Part shown: one piece after another, positions 27,425-40,599 of the stretch
Numbering within the stretch: position 1 is the first letter of the stretch
Layout: each line of letters starts with the position of its first letter
From: Octopus vulgaris
Lineage: Eukaryota
Reading direction: 5' to 3'
DNA: 64,000 nucleotides
Assembly: GCA_951406725.2 (NCBI GenBank)
Contig: OX597816.1
Location: 34,658,001 to 34,722,000, forward strand
Notes under the pieces: model-generated
Database searches by the model: none
What the model saw: only the letters and a program-made list of their open reading frames with translations
What the model was told of the DNA's origin: nothing
Translations under genes and position numbers: made by a program

Positions 27425-29519
27425 TTTTTTTAAAAATGAACGAACTACTGAGTTTGGTTTAATGGCCTACCAATATACACTATGAGTTTCTTTGCCCTAG
27501 GAGTCGGGAAGACACTCGGCAAGAAATGAGTATGTACGCATGTATATATATATGTATATGTGTACATATATGTGATTATAAACGTATGTATATATATGCA
27601 TATATATACATATATGTAATTACATACACACACACATATATATATATATATATATGCACACACACATACATGTGTATAGACAAAGGTGCGATGCACGGAA
27701 TATTCTCTACTGTGTTTTCCTCGTCAGTCAATTACACAAAATATCATAGCAGTTTCTCATCAATTACCATTGATACTACTCGAATTTGCGGAGACCAGTG
27801 CTTTGTATTAAGCTACTGAAAAAAGTTAACGATTGTTTACTAATACAGAATCAAACAAATCATGACATAGATACAATAGACAACACTTGACGCAACGAAA
27901 ATTTTCGGAAACTACAAATAAGAAATAAGTGGAAATTTTACCGGTGAGTGTGTTACATTAAAAGGCCCAAAAAGAAAATGACTCTCCCCGGACACAACAG
28001 AATATGCTTCAACACACGAACCCATATAAAGAATCTTGCAAACCAAATCCCAAAATGAAGTATTCAAAGAATTATACATATATCACAGCATAAAGCCTAT
28101 ACATATACCAGAAATATAACAAAGTTATATAACAAAGAATATAACAAAAGTTATTTGCAGCTATCAAACGAACTTAGTGGGTTGTATACAGAGGAAATGG
28201 ACAAAATCCTTGAAGATAAAGCGGGAGGCGAGGCCAGCATGACCAGTCTGGTCACAGGCAGGGCGTAAAAGAACAACAAAACCTTTGCCGGACACCGTTC
28301 ACGTGGTAGGCAAGCGGAGTTAGAAAGAGAGGCTAAGTGTGGCGATAGAGATAAAGTGAAATTAGAAGTGGAAAGAAATAGAGTATATAGAAACATACAT
28401 GCATACATACATACATATGCATATAGCTGCACATATCTGTACATATGTATGTATATGCACATACGATGCGTATGTGTGTTTGTGCCTGTGTGGAATACAG
28501 TTACATGCATAACAGTGATTTGCCACATATTACGTTTCAGTGCAGAGACTTAATTGGTGTGTATATAAAATGGTATCCTCGTTGAAAGTTTAACTCATTC
28601 GTTCACTTAATAATTAAAATATTTGTATTGCATTTTGTATGTTATGTATACAATTCTTAGATACATAAACCTAAAGCGTCTATGATTCTGTTTTGTTGAA
28701 AAATCCATACGTTCCTATTACCACTACTGAAAGCAAAAGAAATCATTGTTTCCTTTTAGACCTTGAAATCTTGTTATTTCACAATGGTTTAAAACAGATT
28801 CTGTTTATTTCATTATGAATCTTCCACTTGAATATACTCCAAGCATAACAAACTTTATTATTTCAAGGTTAATTGCTTGAGAGAAACAAAAATCAATTAT
28901 TCCAAAATTTCATTAGAGTAACAATTATATAATAACGAAATTGTTTATCATGATTGGCTTCTGCTGACATTTTCTTGTAAACTTACATTGATTTTAACGA
29001 AGGTCTTCAAAACTGTCTTCAGGTTGAGTAGTTTCCCCCGTTATAATCAATAGTATTAACTACTTTGAAAAATAGCTGTGTGGGGGAAGTTAGCGTTTAT
29101 CCCCCTTAAAATAATATATTGTCTACCGCAGTATTAAGTAGTGACTGATGGCAAAATTAAATCTCTGGACCTGATTATTGATTTTGGAATTATATTCCCG
29201 CTACGCAATTGACGGTCATTTAAAATAACTGCGTTAGGTCAGGGTACAAGATATATATAATAAATTTTATATCAATTAGAGTGCATTGCCTTCGCTATGC
29301 TACACAAGCTTTTCGTTTCATTTTAAGCATGTCTTTATACACAAATGTGTGAGCATAGAACAAACACAAATATTCATGTATATATAAATGTATACTAATA
29401 TGCATGTATGTATGTATGTATGTATGTATGTATGTATGTATGTATGTATGTATGTATGTATGTATGTATGTATGTATGTATGTGTGTGTGTGTATGTATG
29501 TATGTATATAGTCGCCATG

Positions 29520-29707
29520 ATAGATCGTTAGTCACTACACACACGTTTTTCTCTCCTTGTTTCTCTCCTTTTTTTCTGTGTCCCTTTCTGTAGAAGAGCG
29601 TAGGCTCGAAACGTAAAAGACTATTTTCTATTTCTGAGCGTTATACCAATACATCTGTTTGTTTTGTACACTACCTGTCTTCGTCTTTTGTTTATTTCGT
29701 AAGCTGT

Positions 29708-29710
<3 letters not shown>
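29520..29710 (+). mobile_element. Short HHR-bearing element (HHR at 29584-29619)
   Basis: CTTT-CTGTAGA-A-GAGC-GTAG-GCTC-GAAAC-GTA-AAAG with variant core CUGUAGA. Flanked by (TATG)n and (TA)n. Confidence 0.7.
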
Positions 29711-29769
<59 letters not shown>

Positions 29770-29828
29770 GTATATTCATATTTATGTATTATGTATAGTT
29801 CTGTGTATGTGTGTGCGTGTGTGTGTGT

Positions 29829-30124
29829 AGGCGCGTGGATTAGTTGTTAGGGCATTCGCCTCATGATCGTAAGGTTGTAAGTTCCGTCACGTTGTGTCCT
29901 TGAGAACGAAATTTTATTTCACGTTGCGCCAGTCCACTCATCTGGCAAAAATGAGTACCTGAATTTCAAAGGGCCAGCCTTGTCAGGCTGAATCCTCCTG
30001 AGAACTACGTTAAGGGTAGACGTATCTGTGCATGCTCAGCTACTTTAACGCTAATTTCACGAGCAAGCTGTTCCGTTGAAAGTAGCATCTGGGACCCTCG
30101 TCACCGTAACCAAGAGATTGCTCC
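29829..30124 (+). mobile_element. tRNA-derived SINE family C/D
   Basis: Degenerate tRNA head GGCGCGTGGATTAGTTGTTAGGGC and core GTGTCCTTGAG..TTTATTTCACGTTGCGCCAGTCCACTCA.CTGGCAAAAATGAGT, shared with 16558. Confidence 0.85.
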
Positions 30125-30557
30125 TTTATATATATATTTGTGCGCGTATGTGTGTGTGTGTGCATGTGTGAGTGTGCGTGTGTAAAAAAGACAGAAATAA
30201 TTGATTCTCAAACGCAGAACAATGTTAACATTTTACCAGGAACACGATAAAATATCCATATTTTTGTAGAGAAATTTGCTAGGTTCCAGCCATGAGTCAC
30301 GCTCTCTCATTCCTGTGATTACTGGCCGTAGTAGAGGATACATATAAAATGATAAGATGGTTATTTACAATACCGATATTATCCTTATTTATATCAATTT
30401 ATATATTTATTTCGTCATTATATTCACTGCGGTGGTATTTTGACCATATAGCACGTAGAGTTAAGACGGGCAATTAAACCGGTCGTGTGCATAAGTACCT
30501 ATATATGTGTATATAATGCGTATATATAGGTATTCGTATGTTGTATATATATATATT

Positions 30558-30591
<34 letters not shown>

Positions 30592-30612
30592 TATACATAG
30601 ATATATACATAC

Positions 30613-30687
<75 letters not shown>

Positions 30688-30728
30688 TGAGAAAGTTGGT
30701 ATGTGAAAGCACGTAGTTGAATATATAG

Positions 30729-31363
<635 letters not shown>

Positions 31364-31419
31364 CGTATAGGGTGGCGATGTATCAGGTAAAGAATGTACA
31401 ATAAATTGTTTTGTGTAAT

Positions 31420-31530
31420 GTGTTGCCTTATGGTTAGGGTGTTGCATCTCAATAGTTAGGTCCCGAATTCAATACCCGGACTAGGGGACTTGTTGTGTTC
31501 TTGAACAAAATTATTCTTTCCCGTTGTTCT
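31420..31530 (+). mobile_element. Degenerate tRNA-derived SINE head
   Basis: TGGTTAGGGTG..GAATTCAATACCCGG..TTGTTGTGTTCTTGAACAAAA resembles the family C/D head and core. Confidence 0.55.
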
Positions 31531-31786
31531 ACTGTTGTGTGAGGACCAGCATTTCAAACAATTGACCCAAATTTTCCTGTGCGGGTAGTAAAAGGTAATA
31601 GTAGGAGGTCGAGTTAGGAGCTGTGCTCCGACCTTACGAAACGCTCTCCCAGGATTGGATAACTAATCGCAAAACGGAACAAATTCCCAAAGTGGGGTAG
31701 GGGTGGCATCCGCCAGTAGTGAGTAATCAACAGCTATGCATTATTGCAGCGCCTTCGCCAAAGAACCACTACTACTACTGCTGCTG

Positions 31787-31835
<49 letters not shown>

Positions 31836-32584
31836 AGAACTTTATTGACTATTACGGATGTTTCGAAGTACTACATGAAATGTTTCCTCGTTAAGCATTA
31901 GCTTGCATGACAAATTAATCAATTGATAATCCATTAATCAGTTAATAATTGAAACAGTTAGTCATCAACAATTCTCTTCAGAAATTAATTTTCTTTATTA
32001 TAAAGTTCATATCATTAATCACAACGCACCGTTGGTTTCTTGTTGAAAGCGCTATCTCTCAACAGCTATTCAAAGTTGCAACATGTCACGTTGATGCTCA
32101 TCTTCATCTTGCCTCAATTCACACTATAATCACCTGAGATCACGCGAAGGTTTAGATTGAACAAATAAATATACATCTGAAGTGGGGAAATCCCGAAATA
32201 TTACCTGCCTTATATCATGTTTGAATTTTACAAATATTAAGTTTAAACTTTTATACTTCATGTGCATACGCAAACATACCTGTAACCAGTGGCGGACTGT
32301 GTCTAAAAACATTCGCACGATTTTCACTAAGAAAAAAAATCGTTTTTTTGTGTGGAATCAACTACTCTTGCCTCAAAAACCTTTTTGCGGTCCGCGGAAC
32401 GGAGTGGTGTGTGGTGGAAGCCTCGCAAATTGTACCCATTTATATTGTGTAATCCACTGACACATTGTTACTACTAAATGATTTAAAATAAATATATTGT
32501 AATTGTTGTGTGAGAAACTATATATACTATGATTATGAAATATAGTGTCTTTCAAAAAGAAAAAACAAAACATTTTACATTTTA

Positions 32585-32856
32585 TTATTTATGAACGTCA
32601 TAACTTACTCTCTCTCTCTCCCCCTCACACTTTGTCGTTCCCGTGAAACTGTCTGCCTCCTTCTTCCACTTTTCTTTATCTTATTTTTTTTGGTTAAACG
32701 CGGGCAAAAAAGCTAAGGCTGTTTATTAACGTTGTCATTTACTCTCTGTCTTTCCCCCTCTCACTTTGACTTTCCCGTGAAACTCTCTGCCTCCTTCTTC
32801 CACTTTTCTTTATCTTATTTTTTTTGTTAGACGCTGACAAGACAGCTATGGCTGAT
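32585..32856. repeat. Tandem duplication (~155-bp period)
   Basis: CCCCTC.CACTTTG..TTCCCGTGAAACT.TCTGCCTCCTTCTTCCACTTTTCTTTATCTTATTTTTTT occurs twice. Confidence 0.9.
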
Positions 32857-33176
32857 ATTTTTGTGGCTAACAGCTATGTCTGAAAATAGATATTTACGCT
32901 ATCCGCGGCTGCCCCGGGGAAAACTAGGTTGATAAAACCCAGATAGGATATTGACAAATGTCCTCCTAAAATTTGAGCGACATGCGTGCTAATTTGTGGA
33001 TGTGCATAAATTACAATCACGTACGCACACACACACACACGCGCACACACATCCTCCCTTTTATAGATATGATCATTTGGAAGCACACCTGTTTATGCTA
33101 TTAACGAAGGAAATGCATAATCCATATGCAGAAACGTGTGAGCATGTGTAAATTCTTTGTGTGCCTATATACATAC

Positions 33177-33238
<62 letters not shown>

Positions 33239-33515
33239 AGGTGCATATATATGTTTGCTAGTGCGCTTGTGTGTGATACAAAGTGATTAACAGAATAAGG
33301 ATAAAATCTTACAAGTATACAAGCCTATGAATTCACAATATGTAATACACTTGTCAAACCCCGTAAAAAGGAAACATAGCGCAATATGTTTATGTGTGTG
33401 TATGCATATGTGATATATAAAATTGAAAGTTAATATAAGACTGGTTATGACTGGTTAAACGACGAAGACCAACTCGTTTACGCTTATCCATTATGTATGT
33501 GACTTTGATAATGTA

Positions 33516-33528
33516 TAGATAGACAGAC

Positions 33529-33608
<80 letters not shown>
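33516..33608. repeat. (GATA)n microsatellite
   Basis: Read directly. Confidence 0.97.
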
Positions 33609-34429
33609 GCCCTCATTAATGAGCAATTAATAATTAACAAATGATTTACATAATAACGAGGAGAGGCAAATAATGCCAGACACTTAAGAACCGATGAAAC
33701 AAAAAGAGAATCAAATATACACTCTAATCCATATGTCTACGAATAATGAGGTCTTTAACGTAATCAGTCTAAATTCCCCTTTGCAAAGCCCAAACGTAAA
33801 GTGAGGAGAATCTCAGAAAAAAAGCAAAATATAATTAAAATCAAGAAATGGTCCCTTTTATTACAGAAGTATTTAAAAGTGTCTTAGTAACAACCAACGT
33901 TATGCAAGTCCGGCATTTTAAAAGCTTGGTAGGTCGCATTCTAGAATTTGTATAAAGTTCCCCCTTCAAACTCAGTAAAACGTAGACAAAGAAAAATTCA
34001 TATGCCTATCAGGAAACATACTCTGTGTCATGGTATACTGTAGTGGAGGCGAAAATTATATTGACCAAACTGTCATGTAATATAAAAAACGGATAAAGTC
34101 TCACTGACACTAATTTCTTAATCGAAGCACAAGAAAAGTAAAACTCAGTAAGCGTTTAGAGAGATGTGAAGAAAATCAACTGCCGAATTTTGAAACATTT
34201 CCCATGATATCAACATCTAGAATATATGACAGACCCACAAGGAATTAACAAAACTTGTTTTATTAAAAATATATCTAAGTGTATATTAGTAATCATTTCC
34301 TAACACTTATATTTTAGCATTTATCAATGATTATAAATTATATATTCCCATTGGTTTTGGATCACCTCATGTACAAAAATGTGCACCCCTATTTAATTTG
34401 AGCATTAAATACACTATATTGATTTAGAG

Positions 34430-34808
34430 TTTTGCACAAGCCTAGAAATTTCAAGTGAGGGGGCTTGTCATTTACATCGAGTGTAGTGATTAAGTGGTAC
34501 TCGTTTTGTCGAACTCGAAATGATGATATGATGATATGCAAAGGTTACCTCGAAGGAATTTGAACCGGATGCCGCTAAGCATTTTGTCAGGCGCTCTAAT
34601 GATTTTGCCTGCTCGCTACCTTACATAATATTGATTTCAAATCCGGCACAAGGCCAGCTATTTCAAAGTTGATTACTTCGGCTATAGTATTCAACTGGTA
34701 CATACTTTATCGACCTCAGCAGATCTCGAACGCGGTGTCTAAGGTCGTTTGTATCGCTGCTAAGCATTTGGCTCGATGCTGTAATAATTTTGATAGATCA
34801 CTGACTTT
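34430..34808 (-). mobile_element. Two old tandem family A-like SINE copies
   Basis: Two degenerate repeats of GCACAAG..GATTAC.TCG..CTGGTAC..TCGA..GCTAAGCATTT..GCTCGC. Confidence 0.65.
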
Positions 34809-37669
34809 GTAATTAATGTACTTAGTATTAACTGCCGTATTACCTAGTGAGTCTATAAATAATTTACATACCGTAGCAACTAGTTGCTAGCCATCTAAAA
34901 TGTATATTGGCATAAATCTCCTCTAATGAGTGAAACATGTTTGGATTTATATACTGTGGGATATTTATGTATATTTGTAAGTATTGCGTTATAGTATTAC
35001 ATTTGAATTATTTCAATGAAACCATTTACAATGAATGATTTGAACATATTCTGGATATTGCATTCTGGAATATTTAATAATATACTTTAAACAAAATTGA
35101 TTGTGATAATCTGTTTACAAAAACAGATTATCGCAATTATTAGATTGTGAACCAACGTGACAGTACTAATACAATTCGGAATCTATTAGCTGCTTTATAA
35201 ATGGAAACGTACGTTTACTTATAATGTGTTTTCCATATCTACTGCCTTCTGCAAGATATTAATAGTTACACATACACACATACTCACATACACGCACATA
35301 CACATATGTGAGTGTGTGTTTAACGTGTGCAATGTGTGCATGATATTCAATGTGTGCAATGGGTTCCATTTGTGAAATGTGTGCAATGACATAGTTAGCC
35401 TACATAGTTTTATTGCCGTTTGGAGATTGCACAATATGATTTTATTCTCATTGGTTTCGTTTTGTTGTTTCATTACCTTGACTTTAGATTCTCTCCAAAA
35501 ATATGCATCTAAGTTTCATTTAGGGGCAATAAGTATATAATGTGATATATTATGTGTCCACTTTAAAAGACGTAAGTTTGTGATAAATATGCCGTTACAG
35601 GTAAGCGTTAAACCACTAAACAAACAATTATCTTTAAAAAATATCATGAGAGATTATCAAGTGTATTAAATCGACACACTTATTCTTTCAGGCATGTTGA
35701 TTTACTATTTGTTAGACGCGGAGATTTGCAATTACGATAGTTGAGCAGAAATTTAACTGTAGATTTTAGCACCGGAATGCGACTTCAAACCATATATCAC
35801 TCATAGTGTTTATTCTCACATATCTCAAATGTGAATACGTGTGTAGATTCATGACCATTATACATCTCCGTGTACAATGATATCTTATATGATAATTTAA
35901 TAAGTTTTTGATGTAACATTAACCAGTGTTATACTGGTTCATAGAGGATTATAAAAATATATATCAAAAGTAAGAATGTTGTGCGTGACTAGCTCAGAAC
36001 CTCCTAACCAACTATTTCAGGACATTTCATTAACATACACCATCTGCTTACTTTACTATATTTGGTAAAAAAGCAAATATTACCTGCGTGTCTACAACTA
36101 TAGATATAACAGAGCTAGACATTAAATGTAACCATTTATGCATTTGGCTAGAAAGTACCTGATATATGTTAGTATATAATTTAACTATATTCAAGTTCTT
36201 GTAAGTTTTCGACTCATAAAATAGCAGTTTTACTTCATAGTATTGAAAATAAGTATGTCTTAGTAAATTTTCTTTTTCACATTATTATTGAATTTCGTAC
36301 ACGAATTATATAGACAGGTATGTAGTAATTCTTTCCCAGAAGTTAATTTAATTTTTCTAAAACTAAATAGATTTCTGAAAACAATATTTTATAATTTGTT
36401 TGAAAACTTTGAAATCAAATAAACTATGCAGGTTTATGGAAACCATTTCTGTATCCACATTTATTTTTATGACAAAAGTTTCAATTCAGATGTTAAGAAT
36501 TTCCTTGAAGAAAGCACAGATGAATCCAGTAATTTTTGCTATCATGCTAAATATAGATCGTTTGGTGCAGACTTATTACAATGGAACTTCAACAATATAT
36601 TTGCATTTTTGCGTACGTCTGTCCAAAGTAAATGCTATAAGTATCACGCTGGGTGCTATACACTAAACTTGTCTGTTTTTAACAAATTATTACTGCCTGC
36701 ATTGTAATGTTTTGATGCATCAAAAAGTTATGGAAATTTTCTAACCATATAATCTCATTGGGTTATATTGGCTTACGTCAATCCCCCAAAGTTTTCTTTC
36801 TGAGGTTTAATGAATCCTAACCACATACTTGATCGAAGACACATGCAATCTACGCAAAATGAAATCCAAACAAAATACAACTTTATTATGCGGTTCCCTG
36901 TTGATAAAACTCCTGAATGTTATAAAAGCGGAACTTTCTGGTGCCAGTTTGAACACCGCCAATATATTATACATAATATGAACAGGGAATATATATATAG
37001 AGAGAGAGTGTGAAATCGTGCATTGAAACCGATATTGTATTTCTGGATGGGTATTTATTTTTTTGCCAAATACACAGGCACACTCTCACACACACGCACA
37101 CGCATACACACACGCACACACACATACACAGACACACATACACACACATACATCTATATATGTACGCACCGTATTTTGTACATAAAATATCATTACTTTT
37201 ATTACTTATTTCCATTTTTGCATTTCAAGAATATTCGAATTTATTTAAGCAAAGGCATTTCACTGTAGTATAGTGAGGTGATAAAAGATATCCTACTCTA
37301 CGGAAAAAGGTGCTAAAGAGCCATATTCACCACAGAAGGCCCTCGGTTGGATGAATAGCAACATTTCAAATTCTTCAATTCTCTACAGCACAGTTACCAA
37401 ACGTAGGCAAATAAACTCGAAGACTTTTTCCCTTTTATGCAAATTCGGTAACAGTGTGGTCTAGCGAAGTATGTATGGCTCTAAACTGGAATACATTTTT
37501 GAGTAAGTATGGGTAGGACCAACGTGTAAATTACAAATATGAGGTTAGTTCAAATACCACTGAGCTCTATCTGAATTGGACTTAAGTGTGTACAAGCACA
37601 CACGCCCTCTCAAACACACATACACACACACTAAACACATATATGCATGTATATATATATATATATAAA

Positions 37670-38004
37670 TATGAATTTTTTGCGTAATGAGATATCCTTA
37701 TAGATAGAAGGTCTTACACCTGTTTCTAGAATATTAATTAATAATAATATCCCTTCATCGGAGACGGTGTGAGAGGAAACATTAAGTCATAGTTAGTTTT
37801 GATGTGATACAAATAGAGAGTGAGGTGGAGGAAAGAAAATAGATGTAAGATATATATGGTCATTGAGTTCATAAATCCGTTTTATAGGCATAATGGTATA
37901 TATGTATAATATTCCAATATCCTTTGAGGAAAATATAAAAGTCCAACAGAGTTTAATATGAGCCCATCCAGATGTAAAGTTTATACTCAATGTAAGATTC
38001 TCTT
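37670..38004 (-). mobile_element. PLE pLTR-like element with hammerhead (HHR at 37711-37765)
   Basis: Homologous to 62150-62508. Minus strand reads GTCT-CCGATGA-AGGGATATTA..TAATATTCTA-GAAAC-AGGT-GTA-AGAC. An upstream RESY..KL..DGL remnant resembles a GIY-YIG end. Confidence 0.72.
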
Positions 38005-38269
38005 AAAGTTGGTAATTCCCAATAGGGAATTTATGTTGAGTGTAGCAGATTCGAGGTTTGTATTTAAATAGGGAGTGTATTAGTTTGGTCAAATTGAAAA
38101 CAGGAAGAGAGGAATGACAAAGGAAAAAAAGAGAGAGAGAGATAAAAGGAGGAGACAAAGAAAGAATTAAAGAGAAAGAAGAAAGAAGATTAGTAAGAAC
38201 AAAAATAAAGACTAAAACTCCTGAAGGTATGAATAAAGAGAATAAGGAAAAGAAAAAAGAAAAATTAAG

Positions 38270-38302
<33 letters not shown>

Positions 38303-38585
38303 CTTGTGCACCTGCTTCAGCATATGTACCTCTGTATGTGAATATCAACTGGAGTAACACTTTAAATTCTCTCGGTTATACTTTAAGCTCTCGATAACAC
38401 ATTGATCGATAAAATAATGTCCCAAACAAAAATAACTATATTAGTCGATATGGTTAACATATAATTTACAAATGATTCCATGCATCACCAAAATACAATT
38501 ACTAATATTAGTAAAATATTGCAAGTAGCTTTAGGCCAATACGTACTTTCTTCATATGCGTAGCAGAGAGCGTTCAGTATATACA

Positions 38586-38774
38586 CTGGGTTGTCCGGAA
38601 GGTGTCAAGAAACCACCTGAATTCTGGGAAGAGGGTATTTTCAAGTTAAAGAAAATATGGAGACGCATTGTGCAAAAAATGGTTCATATTCGGTTGATTA
38701 AAAATGTAATGGCAAGTATTTATTGACCTTTTTCTTTCCTTTAAAAATCGGCGCGAACTTTCCGGACAACCCAA
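38586..38774 (+). mobile_element. Internally deleted mariner (MITE-like)
   Basis: TIRs CTGGGTTGTCCGGAAGGT and ACTTTCCGGACAACCCAA-TA. Interior KKPPEFWEEGIFKLKKIWRRIVQ is a mariner transposase C-terminus. Confidence 0.88.
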
Positions 38775-39573
38775 TACATTTGTGTGTATGTGTGTGTGTG
38801 TGTGTATGAGTGTGTGTGTCCATTCTCTGTAAATCTATGTGTGCGTGTGTGTACCATAGTTTATTGTTTAAGTACTTTGTTCTGCTACCACGAGGCGCCA
38901 ATTTCGATTTAAGTATTGTGTATCATAATGACGAGATGTTTAAAATCCTTTCTTGTGAAATCATCCATAGCGAGGGAAATTGCATGATCTTAAACACCGT
39001 GAAATTTCATCCAATGCATTGCATCTGTAAATCAATAAATGAATCATTTTCAACCTGATGATAAACATATGTGCCTGTGAAAAATTCTGATCGTTATATG
39101 TTTTCGATAGGATTATTTGAATATTAATAGAGGGGGACAAGGGAAATGCAGCCTTCTCACCTTCTGACAGGTATTCATATTTATACGTATATAACACTAC
39201 TGAAGGAGACACTTTGTTTACCAATTTATGACATTATATACTGCTGTGCATGATATGATTTTCCCACCATTTTCACCACACAAGTTTTACTTATTTGCCA
39301 ATGTAATATCTAGTAATCGAATCAAACAAATATATTTTTATTTCTGCATAATTACAATAAGGTAAACCAGCAGAATAGTTAGCATGCCCGTCAAACTGCT
39401 TAGTCAACATTTTGTGTCTCTTCATATTATGATTTGAAACTCCACCTTCTGAGTCGATAAAGTAAATACCAGGTGAACACCCACTGAAATTACTCGCCTT
39501 GAACTAATATTTTAAAATCCTTTTTGTATCATAACAAGATATTTCTGCTAAATATATATGTATATGTATGTAT

Positions 39574-39642
<69 letters not shown>

Positions 39643-39647
<5 letters not shown>

Positions 39648-39874
39648 TTTACTACCCACAAGGGGCTAAACATAGAGGGGACAAACAAGCACAGACAAAC
39701 GGATTAAGCCGATTACATCGACCCCAGTGCGAAACTGGTACTTTATTTATCGACCCCGAAAGGATGAAAGGTAAAGTCGACCTCGGCGGAATTTGAACTC
39801 AGAACGTAACGACAGACGAAATACCGCAAAGCATTTCGCCCGGCTTGCTAACGTTTCTACCAGCTCGCCGCCTT
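39643..39874 (-). mobile_element. Full-length SINE family A between (TA)n tracts
   Basis: Complete head (AAGGCGGCGAGCTGGTAGAA), B box, core and tail. Confidence 0.93.
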
Positions 39875-39876
39875 GA

Positions 39877-39910
<34 letters not shown>

Positions 39911-39919
39911 ACATGCATG

Positions 39920-40050
39920 TCTCTTGATGCAGGCCTAGCTGTTGGGGGTGTTTGTCTCACCTTCATAAATATATAAGGACACAGGAAATGTGTCAAGGCC
40001 GACAGGAAGCGTTGATGCTTCCTAGGGCTAAACAGCGGTGCTGTAATTCC
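39920..40050. other. Structured-RNA-like motif related to 17391-17496
   Basis: Hairpins GGTG/CACC, GACACA/TGTGTC and AGGAAGC/GCTTCCT followed by GGGCTAAA, in the same order as in the 17.4-kb and 17.8-kb foldback arms. Confidence 0.55.
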
Positions 40051-40092
40051 CTTACAGGTTTGTCACGTTAAGTTGACAGTATACAACCACTC

Positions 40093-40129
<37 letters not shown>

Positions 40130-40133
40130 GAAC

Positions 40134-40167
<34 letters not shown>

Positions 40168-40187
40168 ATGCATATATATGCATACAC

Positions 40188-40291
<104 letters not shown>

Positions 40292-40599
40292 TGAACTACG
40301 AAAGAAACATCAGACTGTAAGAGATTATTTGTTTCACACACGATATTGAGATTATACGAATTTTATTACATTTCAAGTTAATTTACACCACGGAGATTTC
40401 CCTGACCCACAACACCACTCTCTTTTGAAAACACAACGATTAGGTTCGAACTCTCTCATTTTTCGTAAACATTGTAATACTCGCAAACGCATCTTTATGA
40501 AAAGCATGATGCACGTGCATAACGTGGAATCATTGGCTATCAAATGCATCCAAATTTACCAGCCTGTAATTCCCTGATTATTTTGTGTTGGTTGTGTTT

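Noticed and set aside
32287-32911. hAT-like MITE (CAGTGGCGGA ... ATCCGCGGCTG)
   Set aside because: The terminal match is short and imperfect and there is no 8-bp TSD.
36400-36707. Two overlapping non-repetitive ORFs (88 and 93 aa)
   Set aside because: No recognisable domain, a weak splice acceptor and no partner exons; needs a homology search.
39924-40038. HDV-like ribozyme reading (possible P1 TTGATGCA/TGTGTCAA, P2 GCTGT/ACAGC, GCTAA junction)
   Set aside because: No compact P3/L3 (UCC-containing) module between P2 and P1, and the pairing is not conserved in the 17-kb homologue.
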